Assembly: GCA_036489935.1 (NCBI GenBank)
Contig: DASXEU010000089.1
Location: 4,161 to 68,160, forward strand
DNA: 64,000 nucleotides
Source: Acidimicrobiales bacterium
GTDB taxonomy: Bacteria; Actinomycetota; Acidimicrobiia; Acidimicrobiales; RAAP-2
Reading direction: 5' to 3'
Numbering within the stretch: position 1 is the first letter of the stretch; each line of letters opens with the position of its first letter. The translations under genes were made by a program, and so were the position numbers. The notes under the pieces are model-generated. The model searched no databases. It worked only from the letters and a program-made list of their open reading frames with translations, and was not told the DNA's origin. This document shows positions 8,714 through 18,193 of this stretch, piece after piece.

Positions 8714-10341
8714 GCCGCAATAACATCCTCGTCATCCTTCACCATGGACGAGCGTTCTGCCGTGCCCGTCGAGTAGGCGATCGCCCCTGAGACGAGCAAC
8801 AGCACACCCGATATCGTCAGCGCCAGATTGAGTCCGTGCGTGAAGGCCCCGTAGGCGGCGCGCACGACCTCATTAATGATGTGACGTACGGCGGCGCCGC
8901 TGCCGCGACTTTCGGCGGACGCCTTGGAGGCCGCCGTGCCGGTGACCACGTCTTCGATGATCTCCTGGCGAAACGACGGCGGCACGCCGATCTCGGTGAG
9001 ACGGCGCGTCAGGTTGACGGTGAGCTGACCGTTCACGATCGACCCGAGAATGGCGACGCCGGTCACGGCGCCGAGCTCTCTCGCCGTGTTGATGGTCGAC
9101 GCCGCAATTCCAGAGTTGCTCGCAGGAATGCTCACGAGGGCAGTCGAGTTGACGGGTACGACGATCATGCCGAAGCCAACGCCCGCGAGGCCCATGGTCC
9201 ACCCGAGTGTGCTGAGTCCTGCCGTCGGGCTGATCACGACGTCGGTGAGCAACACTCCGGCTCCCGCAAGCACGCAGCCAAGCGTCATCGGGACTCGAGA
9301 GCCAACCCGCCCGACCCAACGACCGGTGTAGAGCGCGGCGGCGACGATGCCCGCCAGCATCGGCAAGAAGTCTCGAGCGAGCGTGTACGCGCTCACCGAT
9401 CCGATGACCTCGAGATAGAGGGCGACAAAAAAGAAGATCGAAAAGATGGCGAAGTAGCTCGTAAAGGCGATCACGGCTGAGCCGGCGAAGGCGCGATTGC
9501 GCACCCAGCGCACGTTCAGCATCGGGTGTGTCGTGTTCGACTCGACGACGAAGTACGCAATCAAGCAGGCGCCGGCGACGGAGTACAGCGTCAGCACGCC
9601 GCTTGAGTAGTAGCCCCACGTCTCGCCCGCGATAGTCGCGTAGGTGGCAAAGCCGACCGCCACACCTGCGAGGAGAAAACCGGTCCAGTCGACGCGGCGA
9701 CGAATCTCGTTGACGCTCTCGGGTAGCGCGACGGCGCCCATGATGAGGACCACCGCGCCGAAGATGAAGTTGAACCAGAAGACGGCACGCCACGTCCAGA
9801 GTCCTACGAGCACACCTCCGATGACCGGACCAAGCGCGAGCGCGAGGCCTGACACTGCGGCCCACGCGCCGAGCGCACGCGCGCGGTTCCGCTTGTCGGG
9901 GTAAATGTGGCGAATCATCGAGAGGGTGCTTGGCTCAGATCCTGCGGCACCCACGCCCATGACGACGCGTCCGGCGATCAGTTCGGCGGGTGTGCCCGCG
10001 AACGCACAGACGAGTGAACCCGCACAGAATATGACGACGCCGATCAGCATCACGCGCTTGCGGCCAAAGTTGTCGCCGAGTGATCCACAGATGAGCATGA
10101 GACTCGCGAACGCTAGCGCGTAGCCCCCAACAACCCACTGGAGTTGCGACACGCCTGCATGCAACTTCGTCTGCACGCTCGTAAGGACCGCGCTCGCGAT
10201 CGTGTTATCGAGGAAGGTGAGGAAGAGAATCGCGAGCAGTGTCGCGAAGCTGAAGTGCGCGCGTAGCCCCGCCGCAATGGAGTGGCGCCGCTCGTCGATC
10301 GTCCGTGTGAACGTCGCCTCACTCTCGCTACTGCCGAACAT
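8710..10341 (-). CDS. MFS transporter, DHA2 family
   Basis: LDNTI, QLQWVVGGYAL, GSLGDNFGRKR, GPVIGG; ATG 10341 after GGGAG. Confidence 0.9.
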   Translation of the reverse strand: MFGSSESEATFTRTIDERRHSIAAGLRAHFSFATLLAILFLTFLDNTIASAVLTSVQTKLHAGVSQLQWVVGGYALAFASLMLICGSLGDNFGRKRVMLIGVVIFCAGSLVCAFAGTPAELIAGRVVMGVGAAGSEPSTLSMIRHIYPDKRNRARALGAWAAVSGLALALGPVIGGVLVGLWTWRAVFWFNFIFGAVVLIMGAVALPESVNEIRRRVDWTGFLLAGVAVGFATYATIAGETWGYYSSGVLTLYSVAGACLIAYFVVESNTTHPMLNVRWVRNRAFAGSAVIAFTSYFAIFSIFFFVALYLEVIGSVSAYTLARDFLPMLAGIVAAALYTGRWVGRVGSRVPMTLGCVLAGAGVLLTDVVISPTAGLSTLGWTMGLAGVGFGMIVVPVNSTALVSIPASNSGIAASTINTARELGAVTGVAILGSIVNGQLTVNLTRRLTEIGVPPSFRQEIIEDVVTGTAASKASAESRGSGAAVRHIINEVVRAAYGAFTHGLNLALTISGVLLLVSGAIAYSTGTAERSSMVKDDEDVIAA

Positions 10342-10453
10342 GTGCTCCCTCCCAGGAGCCGTCGGATGTCGCCGACGGGCATTGCACTCGTTGATCGCGC
10401 CGTTCGACCTCGACGCGCGTTCACTCACGCGTTAACGCGCCAACGACGTCAAC

Positions 10454-10912
10454 CTATTTCTTTGCGGGCGTGATGAAGGTGATGTCGCCAACGGCAGAGT
10501 CGCCACCGGCCGCATTACCGACGCTCACCGCGCAGTCCTTCACATTTGTCTTGGTCGTCCCGCAGGTCCCCGAGCCGATCTTCCCTGTTGAGACCTTGAA
10601 TGTGGTTTTCGGCAGGAGCCCGGTCGAGGTTATGGTCTTCGCGGGCGGAATGCCATTGACAACCTTGCATCCCGTCTCGCCCTTGGCCTTCCTGAGGCAC
10701 TCCACCAAGAACACGGTGTCGCCGGGTTTAAAGCCGCTGCCGCTGATGTGAACTTCCTCGCCGTTGCGCAGATTGGTTGATGGCGTGACCACGATCTTCG
10801 GCCCCGCAGCCGACGCAAGTGCGCCGCCACCGAGGCCACCGGCGAGCACACCAATGCTCAGCATCGTTGCGCATAACCCGATACGAAATGCCGTTGTCGT
10901 GACCATGTGCAC
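10454..10912 (-). CDS. Secreted neocarzinostatin-apoprotein-like beta-sandwich protein
   Basis: Signal peptide ending ASA-A; VTPSTNL.NG..V.ISGSGF.PG..V..VEC motif; two Cys pairs; C-terminal ITF. Confidence 0.7.
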   Translation of the reverse strand: MHMVTTTAFRIGLCATMLSIGVLAGGLGGGALASAAGPKIVVTPSTNLRNGEEVHISGSGFKPGDTVFLVECLRKAKGETGCKVVNGIPPAKTITSTGLLPKTTFKVSTGKIGSGTCGTTKTNVKDCAVSVGNAAGGDSAVGDITFITPAKK

Positions 10913-11098
10913 TCCCTTGCCATGTCTCCGATTGAAGCCTCATCGCACATCAACGCGATACCACGTTGGCCTCAATTCATCTTCAAGGTCATCGTAGCCA
11001 GGAAAGTTAAAATTCGTTCAGATCGAAACCGCGGTTTTATCCTGGTAGAGGGATTGAATTCGTGGCGGCCCTCGCGCAACGGGCGCATCAAAGGTTCT

Positions 11099-11128
11099 CT
11101 TCGGCGGGCGCTTACGCCCCACACGAAG
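11099..11128 (-). terminator. GC hairpin just downstream of the receiver gene
   Basis: CTTCG..GGGCG-CTTA-CGCCC..CGAAG; no clear U-tract. Confidence 0.3.
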
Positions 11129-11130
11129 GG

Positions 11131-11562
11131 TTACGCGGAACGGAGCTCGTAGGACTCGCCGGAACTGAGGACCAGCTCTCCGCGCACGGCGGCGCGAATG
11201 GCCGTGAGCACGTCGGCGATGCGGGCGTTCTTGCCGAGCAAGCCCGTGCAACCAGCGTCAATGGCGAGTCGCTGGAGATCATGGTCGCCGTTGCCCGAGA
11301 GCATCACCACGTGGCTATCCGGCGACTCTTTGATCATGAGCTTGACGACCTCGATGCATTCGAAGTCGGGTCGTCGGTAGTTCAACAAAATGACGTCCGG
11401 ATGCTCGCGATCGAGTAACACGAGTGCGTCATCGACGCTGTCCACGACGCCCACTAATGTGAGGTCGTCCTCTTTCGAAATGGAGAGGGCCAGCAGTTCT
11501 GACACCATGATGTGGTCGTCAACGACGGCCACCCTGATGGAAGCTTCCGACACGTTTTCCAT
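11131..11562 (-). CDS. Stand-alone NarL-type receiver domain, phospho-acceptor Asp replaced by Asn
   Basis: VAVVDDH, PDVILLN, VVMLSG, GLLGK, AIRAAVRGE; no HTH follows. Confidence 0.75.
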   Translation of the reverse strand: MENVSEASIRVAVVDDHIMVSELLALSISKEDDLTLVGVVDSVDDALVLLDREHPDVILLNYRRPDFECIEVVKLMIKESPDSHVVMLSGNGDHDLQRLAIDAGCTGLLGKNARIADVLTAIRAAVRGELVLSSGESYELRSA

Positions 11563-11826
11563 TACCACAGCAGGTTAATAAGAGTGGTCTTTGTCGTCCC
11601 CGAGAATCGACCGTATTTTGTAGTGCCAAAAGGATCGGATTTTTTATTTGTTATTTCAAAAATACCGCTCTATCACTGGGAAGTTGTTCCGTTGTCTGTG
11701 ACTCACCTGTGAGGAAATTTACAGCCCATCAAAATTTGTGATTGCGTAAATCACTTACACGTTTATTTCACGTCGTATGTCATCTAGTCGTAACACGGAC
11801 GTCGCCGCGCACACACGTTGACGCGA

Positions 11827-12900
11827 TTAACGAAAGTCCCTCTGAAGTTCCGCGAGTGCGTCGGCTCCCGGACAGAGCACGTCGTACGGGAGGCTCGCCA
11901 GCCCCTCGGGTGGTGTCTGGTTGAGCTGGTGCAGCTCCTGGGTTGATTCGTTCAGGTACAGCAAGCCTGTTGCGATCTCGCCGCGCTCGTGACGGTCGCG
12001 AATGTACTCCTCAACCGACATCCGGTCACTCGGGTTGTAGCCCTCGGGTACAGAGCGAAAGTTCAACACGCTGCCGTCGTGCATTTTGACTGCTTTCGCG
12101 CCGTCGCTCGGTATCTTTTCGCGGATGGGCACCTGCATGGGCACAAAGTCGCTCATGGGCGTGAAGTCGGTTTGCACCTCTTTCACTTCGTGCTCGCGCA
12201 CGAACTTGTAGCTCTTCGTCGAGCTCTCGTGGTCGTTGAAGGTCACGCACGGCGAGATGACGTCGATGAGCGCAAAGCCTTGGTGAGCGACCGCCGCCTT
12301 CAAGATGGGAATCAGCTGCTCCTTGTCGCCCGAGAAGCTGCGCGCGAGAAACGTCGCACCGAGCGTGAGTCCGAGCATGATCGGATCGATGGGTGCAAGG
12401 AGGTTTGGTTCGCCCTTCTTCGGAGCGGAGCCGATGTCTGCCGACGCGGAGAGCTGGCCCTTCGTTAGACCGTACACGCCATTGTTCTCGATGACGTAGA
12501 CCATGTTCACGTTGCGGCGCATGGCGTGCATGAGATGCCCGAGTCCGATAGAGAGTGAATCGCCGTCACCGGAGATGCCGATGTAGGTAAGTTCTCGGTT
12601 GGCCGCGTTGGCGCCGGTCGCGATGGTCGCCATGCGCCCGTGCGCGCTGTTAAAGCCGTGTGCGCCGCGGACGAAATAGGTCGGCGTCTTCGACGAACAT
12701 CCGATGCCGCTCAGCTTTGCAATGCGGTTGGGCGGCGTGGAGAGCTCCCAGAAGACGTGACTGATCGCGGCCGTGACCGAATCATGTCCGCACCCCGCAC
12801 AGAGGGTCGACATTGCTCCCTCGTAGTCGCGCCTGGTGAGACCAATGTCGTTTTTCGGCAGCGGATTGAGTGGAATGAGGGGCTTAACAATGGAAGGCAT
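11827..12900 (-). CDS. korB: 2-oxoacid:ferredoxin oxidoreductase beta subunit
   Basis: CAGCGH, SGIGCS, HGR, GDGD...NNGVYGLTKGQ.S TPP motif, SPCVTFN. Confidence 0.92.
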   Translation of the reverse strand: MPSIVKPLIPLNPLPKNDIGLTRRDYEGAMSTLCAGCGHDSVTAAISHVFWELSTPPNRIAKLSGIGCSSKTPTYFVRGAHGFNSAHGRMATIATGANAANRELTYIGISGDGDSLSIGLGHLMHAMRRNVNMVYVIENNGVYGLTKGQLSASADIGSAPKKGEPNLLAPIDPIMLGLTLGATFLARSFSGDKEQLIPILKAAVAHQGFALIDVISPCVTFNDHESSTKSYKFVREHEVKEVQTDFTPMSDFVPMQVPIREKIPSDGAKAVKMHDGSVLNFRSVPEGYNPSDRMSVEEYIRDRHERGEIATGLLYLNESTQELHQLNQTPPEGLASLPYDVLCPGADALAELQRDFR

Positions 12901-14747
12901 TAGGGAATCTCCAGTTGGGTCAAAATGCTGTCGACGACCTGTTGGGCGCTCAACGGGAAGCCCCCGTATGCGAGCACGGAACTCATCCGTTCGATAGCGA
13001 CTCCCGTCTCGATCGAGATCAGACTTCGCAGCTGCGCGTCGCGGTTCTGCTCAACAATGAAGCAACGTCCGTGACCTTCTACGAACGCGCGTACGTCCTC
13101 GACGAAGGGAAACCCGCGCACTCGCAGGAAGTCTGCGACGACACCCTGGTCGCCCAACTCGTCGAGCGCTTCGCGCACGGCGAGATCACAGCTCCCGATC
13201 GTGATGACGCCGATTGTCGCGCCCTCGCGGCGCTCGACGACAGGCGCGGGCACGTGGATGGCGGCAGCCGCGTGCTTCAACTTCAATCGATCGATGACCT
13301 CTTGGTATTGGTCGGGTATCTCGGTGTAGCGGCCGTACTTGTCGTGGCCGGAGCCGCGGACGAAATAAGCACCCTTCGAGTCCGAACCCGGGAGCGTGCG
13401 TGGCGTGACGAACTCTTCGTCTTCGTTGGCATAGCGAAAGAACTCTGCAATCTCGGCGAGCTCCTTATCGTGCAGCACACGCCCTCGGTCTGGCACAAAG
13501 CTGTCATCCCAGGTGAGCTTCGGCACCACCCAGTCATTCATGCCAATGTCGAGGTCCGACAGCATGAACACGGGGGTCTGGAATCGTTCGGCGAGGTCGA
13601 AGCTCTGAACCGCGAATTCGAAGCACTCGTGCGGATTCGCGGGAAACAGCAAGATGTGCTTGGTGTCGCCGTGGGAGGCGTACGCGCACATCAAGATGTC
13701 GCCCTGCTGTGTTCTCGTCGGCATTCCGGTTGAGGGCCCGACACGCTGTACGTCGATGACGACCGCAGGGATCTCCGTGTAGTACCCCAGTCCGAGCAGT
13801 TCACTCATGAGTGAGATCCCGGGGCCCGAGGTCGAGGTGAAGGCTCGCGCGCCACTCCAACCGGCGCCGAGCACCATGCCAATGGAGGCGATCTCGTCCT
13901 CGGCCTGAATGATGAGGTAGTTGTTCTTATAGGTTGCGGGCTCATTCGGGTCGTCGCTCTCGACCTTCACCCGGCGGTACTTGGCGCAGAGCTTCGTGAA
14001 GTTGTCCATCACGGCCGTCGCGGGCGTTATCGGATACCAGCCCGCCACGGTGGCGCCGGCGTAGAGGCACCCGAGCGCCGTTGCCGTGTTGCCGTCGATC
14101 AGGATTGAATTGTCGTTCTCTCGAAGGGGCTCAAGACGAAAGGCGAGGGGGCACGCGAAGTTCTCAATTGCGTAGTCGTAGCCGAGGTGAAGCGCCCGTT
14201 GGTTGGAATCACGCAGGGCGACGTTGCGCGAAAAAGTCTCGTCCAACAGCGCGGCAACGATGTCGAGGTCGATGCCGACAAGAGCGACGACGGCGCCCGC
14301 GTACGCGATGTTCTTCATGAGAATGCGCTCGCGCGGCTTTTTGAAGTTCTCGAGGCACATTGCAGCGAGCGGTACGCCGAGGAAGGTGACGTCACCACGC
14401 TCGAGGTCGGGATCAAGCGGCCACGACGAGTCGTAGAGGACATAGCCACCGCGGTGCACGTCGGCGATGTCCTCGGCGTAGGTCTGTGCGTTCATCGCGA
14501 CCATGAGGTCGTAGTCGAGGGCGCGAGCGGTGTAGCCAGAGCCATTCACGCGTATCTCGTACCAGGTGGGCAACCCTTGGATGTTCGAAGGGAAAAGATT
14601 CTTCCCCGACACCGGAATGCCCATACGAAAGATGGCTTGGACGAGCAGGCTGTTGGCGCTCGCCGAGCCCGTGCCATTGACGTTGGCCAACTTGACGGAA
14701 AAGTCGTTGACCTGGTTACGAGTTTCTGGCTTCTCGGTCAGAGTCAT
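12900..14747 (-). CDS. korA: 2-oxoacid:ferredoxin oxidoreductase alpha(gamma) subunit
   Basis: N-terminal gamma-like domain, WYPITP, QAEDEI, TSGPG, QRVGPSTGMPT; TAATG coupling with beta. Confidence 0.92.
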   Translation of the reverse strand: MTLTEKPETRNQVNDFSVKLANVNGTGSASANSLLVQAIFRMGIPVSGKNLFPSNIQGLPTWYEIRVNGSGYTARALDYDLMVAMNAQTYAEDIADVHRGGYVLYDSSWPLDPDLERGDVTFLGVPLAAMCLENFKKPRERILMKNIAYAGAVVALVGIDLDIVAALLDETFSRNVALRDSNQRALHLGYDYAIENFACPLAFRLEPLRENDNSILIDGNTATALGCLYAGATVAGWYPITPATAVMDNFTKLCAKYRRVKVESDDPNEPATYKNNYLIIQAEDEIASIGMVLGAGWSGARAFTSTSGPGISLMSELLGLGYYTEIPAVVIDVQRVGPSTGMPTRTQQGDILMCAYASHGDTKHILLFPANPHECFEFAVQSFDLAERFQTPVFMLSDLDIGMNDWVVPKLTWDDSFVPDRGRVLHDKELAEIAEFFRYANEDEEFVTPRTLPGSDSKGAYFVRGSGHDKYGRYTEIPDQYQEVIDRLKLKHAAAAIHVPAPVVERREGATIGVITIGSCDLAVREALDELGDQGVVADFLRVRGFPFVEDVRAFVEGHGRCFIVEQNRDAQLRSLISIETGVAIERMSSVLAYGGFPLSAQQVVDSILTQLEIP

Positions 14748-16564
14748 GACCTCGCTCCATTTCCGCCAAAGCCCACGGCGACGGGAATGAAGTTCTTGGA
14801 ACCGGCGTAGGGGATCTTCAAGTCGAACAGCTCCATGTCCCACGCGGCGGTCGGGCAGCGCTCTGCGCACAGACCGCAGTGCACGCAGACGTTCTCGTCT
14901 TTCACCATGACTCGGCCGGTCTGGGGGAGAGGTTCGGAGACGTAGAGATCTTGGGAGAGATTCGTCGCCGGTGCGAGGAGCCGAGTTCGCAGGTCGGCCT
15001 CGTCGCCGTTACTGGTGATCGTCAAGCACTGCACGGGACAGATATCAAGACAGGCGTCGCACTCGATGCACAACGGCGCAGTAAACGCCGTCTCCACGTC
15101 GCAGTTGAGACAGCGTTGCACTTCGCGTGCGGTCTGCTCGGCAGAGAAACCGAGCTCAACTTCGAGGTCGAGCGACTCGAAGCGCTTCGTCAACTCGACG
15201 TGGGTCATCTTCTGGCGCGACGACTGGTTGTAGTCGTTGTGGTAGCTCCACTCGCTCATTCCCATCTTCTGGCTGATGAGGTTCATCCCCATCGCGGGGC
15301 GTTCGTTGAGCGGTATCTCCTCGCAGAAGTTGTCGATCGAAATCGCCGCTTCGTGTCCGTGAGCGACTGCCCAAATGATGTTCTTCGGTCCCCATGCGGC
15401 GTCGCCGCCAAAGAAGACTCCGGCCACGCTCGACTGCATTGTCGCCTCGTTGACGACGGGCATGTCCCATTCGCCAAAGGTCATCCCCAGATCGCGCTCG
15501 ATCCAGGGGAAGGCGTTGTCTTGGCCAATGGCAAGGATGACGTCGTCGCACGGAATGATGACGGTGTCGATCGTCGTCGAGCGCTTGGCGCCCTCGTCCC
15601 ACTCGAGGACGTCGAACTCCATACCGACGAGTTGTCCGTCGTTCATGACGAAACGAGTCGGCGCGTGATTCACGATGATGTCGACACCCTCTTCTTCGGC
15701 ATCGTCGAGCTCCCAGGGCGAGGCTTTGAAGAACTCGCGTGGGCGCCGCGCCATGACTTTGATGTCGTGACCGCCGAGGCGCCGCGACGTGCGACAGCAG
15801 TCCATCGCGGTGTTGCCGACCCCAATGATGAGGACGCGTTCGCCGATTGAGTCGAGGTGCCCGAAGGCAACAGACTCGAGCCATTCGATGCCGATGTGAA
15901 TGTTGGTTGCTTCGCCCGTCTCGTCATGTCGTCCCGGCAGATCGAGCTCCTTGCCGCGCGGCGCGCCGACGCCAACGAATACGGCGTCAAAGCCCTCAGC
16001 GAGAAGACCCTTGAGGCTCGTGACGGGAGTGTTGTAGCGAATGTCGACGCCCATGTCGAGAATCATCCGCGTCTCTTCTTCGAGAACCTCTTCGGGCAAG
16101 CGAAACGAGGGGATGTTCGAGCGCATCAGTCCGCCGGGTTTGTCGTACTGCTCGAAGATCGAGACCTCGTAGCCGAGCGGCATGAGATCGTTGGCGACGG
16201 TGAGCGACGAAGGTCCCGCGCCGATGCAGGCGATTCGTCGTCCGTTCTTCTCGCTTGGAATGGCGGGCAACCGGTCGCTGACGTCCCCTCGCAGGTCGCT
16301 CGCGACGCGCTTCAAACGACAGATGGCGACGGGCGAACCATCGACGCGCGTGCGACGACAGGCCGGTTCGCACGGTCGGTCGCACGTGCGACCGAGGATG
16401 CCGGGAAAGACGTTTGACTCACGGTTGAGCATGTAGGCGTCATCGAAACGTCCCTGCGCGATGAGTCGGATGTAGCCGGGTACGTTCGTGTGTGCGGGAC
16501 ACGCCCACTGACAGTCGACCACCTTATGGAAGTAGTCAGGTGACGAGACGTCAGTCGGCTCCAC
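14744..16564 (-). CDS. GltD/NfnB-like NAD(P)H-dependent flavoprotein with C-terminal 2x[4Fe-4S] ferredoxin domain
   Basis: CQWACP, C...CE..C, GAGP FAD motif, GVGNTAMD, RCLNC, CIECDAC...CP, CVHCGLC...CP; ATGA coupling with alpha. Confidence 0.88.
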   Translation of the reverse strand: MEPTDVSSPDYFHKVVDCQWACPAHTNVPGYIRLIAQGRFDDAYMLNRESNVFPGILGRTCDRPCEPACRRTRVDGSPVAICRLKRVASDLRGDVSDRLPAIPSEKNGRRIACIGAGPSSLTVANDLMPLGYEVSIFEQYDKPGGLMRSNIPSFRLPEEVLEEETRMILDMGVDIRYNTPVTSLKGLLAEGFDAVFVGVGAPRGKELDLPGRHDETGEATNIHIGIEWLESVAFGHLDSIGERVLIIGVGNTAMDCCRTSRRLGGHDIKVMARRPREFFKASPWELDDAEEEGVDIIVNHAPTRFVMNDGQLVGMEFDVLEWDEGAKRSTTIDTVIIPCDDVILAIGQDNAFPWIERDLGMTFGEWDMPVVNEATMQSSVAGVFFGGDAAWGPKNIIWAVAHGHEAAISIDNFCEEIPLNERPAMGMNLISQKMGMSEWSYHNDYNQSSRQKMTHVELTKRFESLDLEVELGFSAEQTAREVQRCLNCDVETAFTAPLCIECDACLDICPVQCLTITSNGDEADLRTRLLAPATNLSQDLYVSEPLPQTGRVMVKDENVCVHCGLCAERCPTAAWDMELFDLKIPYAGSKNFIPVAVGFGGNGARS

Positions 16565-16742
16565 TCGGGTGCTCCCTTCGACCAGGTAAAGCAGCTTCGT
16601 GCACCGGAACTGTCGCTCTGGTCCTCCTCGATTTACTGTAGTTCTTTGGAAATGGCACTCCGTTTCGCCCCAGTACGTGTCTCGCTTGCATTCTTCGATC
16701 TAAGAGACGTTGCACGTCACGGTCTTCTCGTAGGGTTCGTTC

Positions 16743-17042
16743 GTGGCCAAACTCTCATCATCGAACGAACTCGAGCGCGTCATGGACGCCGCGCGACTGC
16801 CCGATTGGAGCTTCGGTATTGGCCGACCCGGTCAGATCATGGCGACGCGCGATTCGGGTCGCATCGGTCTTCCGTGGGTGGTGCTCGCGGTGGCACGCGG
16901 GGGCGGGGCGAGGGTGTCGCTCTACCAGCCCGGTGACGATCTTGACGCGGACGGCGACGTGATCGGCGAACTCGCGGGAAACCCGCGCGAGCGTGGTCGC
17001 CAGTTGCGAACGCTGCTCAGCGACCTCGAACTTTCGGAGTAG
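16743..17042 (+). CDS. Hypothetical protein
   Basis: 99-aa ORF filling the intergenic gap, TAGGGT-N6-GTG leaderless signature. Confidence 0.6.
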   Translation: MAKLSSSNELERVMDAARLPDWSFGIGRPGQIMATRDSGRIGLPWVVLAVARGGGARVSLYQPGDDLDADGDVIGELAGNPRERGRQLRTLLSDLELSE

Positions 17043-17075
17043 CTCAGCATCTACGTCGTGTGACGTGCGCCAACA

Positions 17076-17534
17076 TTATGGCCACGCTGGAAGGTCGCTT
17101 CTTCCTTCTTCCAGCAGTCCAAAATACGAATAAAGATCGCTGCTGCGTGCCTCGTCATCTCGCACCTCACAGAGTGCGTACTCGAGCGGCGCGATCGTTC
17201 CGCCTTCGAAGACGGCCGACATTGTCGAGCAGTCCGCCTTTCGAAACGCCAACCATTCACGTTCGACTTGGACGAAGCTTTGCTTTTGATGCGCGGTGGG
17301 TATCACGGTGAACAGCAGCTTCACCTCCTTGTTGACGCGGCGGTCTGTCGAGAGCAGCTGGCCTTCTGCGCACCCTTCAAGTCCAAGCGTCGTGCCGTGG
17401 TGGCAGGGGAGAGGAGTGAACGGCTCCGTGATCACGGGAGGTGTGGGCGTCGGGGCACTTGACGCCACCGAGATGTCCGCACCAATGAGAAGGACTCCGC
17501 AGACCACGATCACTCGTGCGCCACGCCAGAGCAT
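17076..17534 (-). CDS. Secreted LprI/DUF1311-like protein
   Basis: C...TT.....C........D..VN, EREWLAFR.ADC, GGTIAP....C; N-terminal hydrophobic signal; start uncertain. Confidence 0.75.
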   Translation of the reverse strand: MLWRGARVIVVCGVLLIGADISVASSAPTPTPPVITEPFTPLPCHHGTTLGLEGCAEGQLLSTDRRVNKEVKLLFTVIPTAHQKQSFVQVEREWLAFRKADCSTMSAVFEGGTIAPLEYALCEVRDDEARSSDLYSYFGLLEEGRSDLPAWP

Positions 17535-17557
17535 CGCGCGCCAGGAGCGCGCCGTGC

Positions 17558-18142
17558 CTAGTACCAGTCCCACTGGGAGAGCGGCCAGAACTTCAAGAAC
17601 ACCTTGCCAATGATGTCCGAGCGCGGGACCGTGCCCCAATACCGACTGTCACAGGAGTTCGAGTGATAATCGCCCATCATGAAGTACTGACCCTTCGGCA
17701 CGAGAACGTTGCCGATCGCCGGGGTCACCGGATTCCAGTGCAACCACTTCTGATCGAGCGGCGCGCCGTTCACGTAGATGGTGTTGCCCTTGGACGTGAG
17801 GCGATCACCGGGAACGCCGATGACTCGCTTGACGAGGTCGGCGACATCATCCTGGCATTCGCTCTTGACGCCGGGGGGAGCTTTGAAGACGACGATGTCG
17901 CCCACGTTGATCGTGCCAAAGTCGACGCTCAGCTTATCAACCATGATTCGATTGCCCTTCCACAGCGTCGGGTTCATCGAACTCGACGGAATGAAGAAGG
18001 TCTGAAACACGAACGTGCGGATGAGGAACGACGCTGCGATCGCAACCACCAGCACGATCAACCATTCGATGATGCCGCGGCGATGTGACTTTTTCGGTGG
18101 GTCGGACGCCGCGCGTGGCACTTGATCGGTATCGACGGTCAT
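17558..18142 (-). CDS. lepB: Signal peptidase I
   Basis: TM then IPSSSMNPTL (Ser), VKRVIGVPGD (Lys), MGDY..NS.DSRYWG. Confidence 0.95.
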   Translation of the reverse strand: MTVDTDQVPRAASDPPKKSHRRGIIEWLIVLVVAIAASFLIRTFVFQTFFIPSSSMNPTLWKGNRIMVDKLSVDFGTINVGDIVVFKAPPGVKSECQDDVADLVKRVIGVPGDRLTSKGNTIYVNGAPLDQKWLHWNPVTPAIGNVLVPKGQYFMMGDYHSNSCDSRYWGTVPRSDIIGKVFLKFWPLSQWDWY

Positions 18143-18193
18143 CGCTCAACAGTACGGGGGCGCGAGGTCGTGACGGCGTTACAGGTTTGCGAG

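Noticed and set aside
10454-10912. Enediyne biosynthetic cluster
   Set aside because: No PKS, thioesterase or tailoring genes in the window
14744-16564. Glutamate synthase small subunit gltD
   Set aside because: No gltB nearby, extra ferredoxin domain, and coupling to OFOR genes
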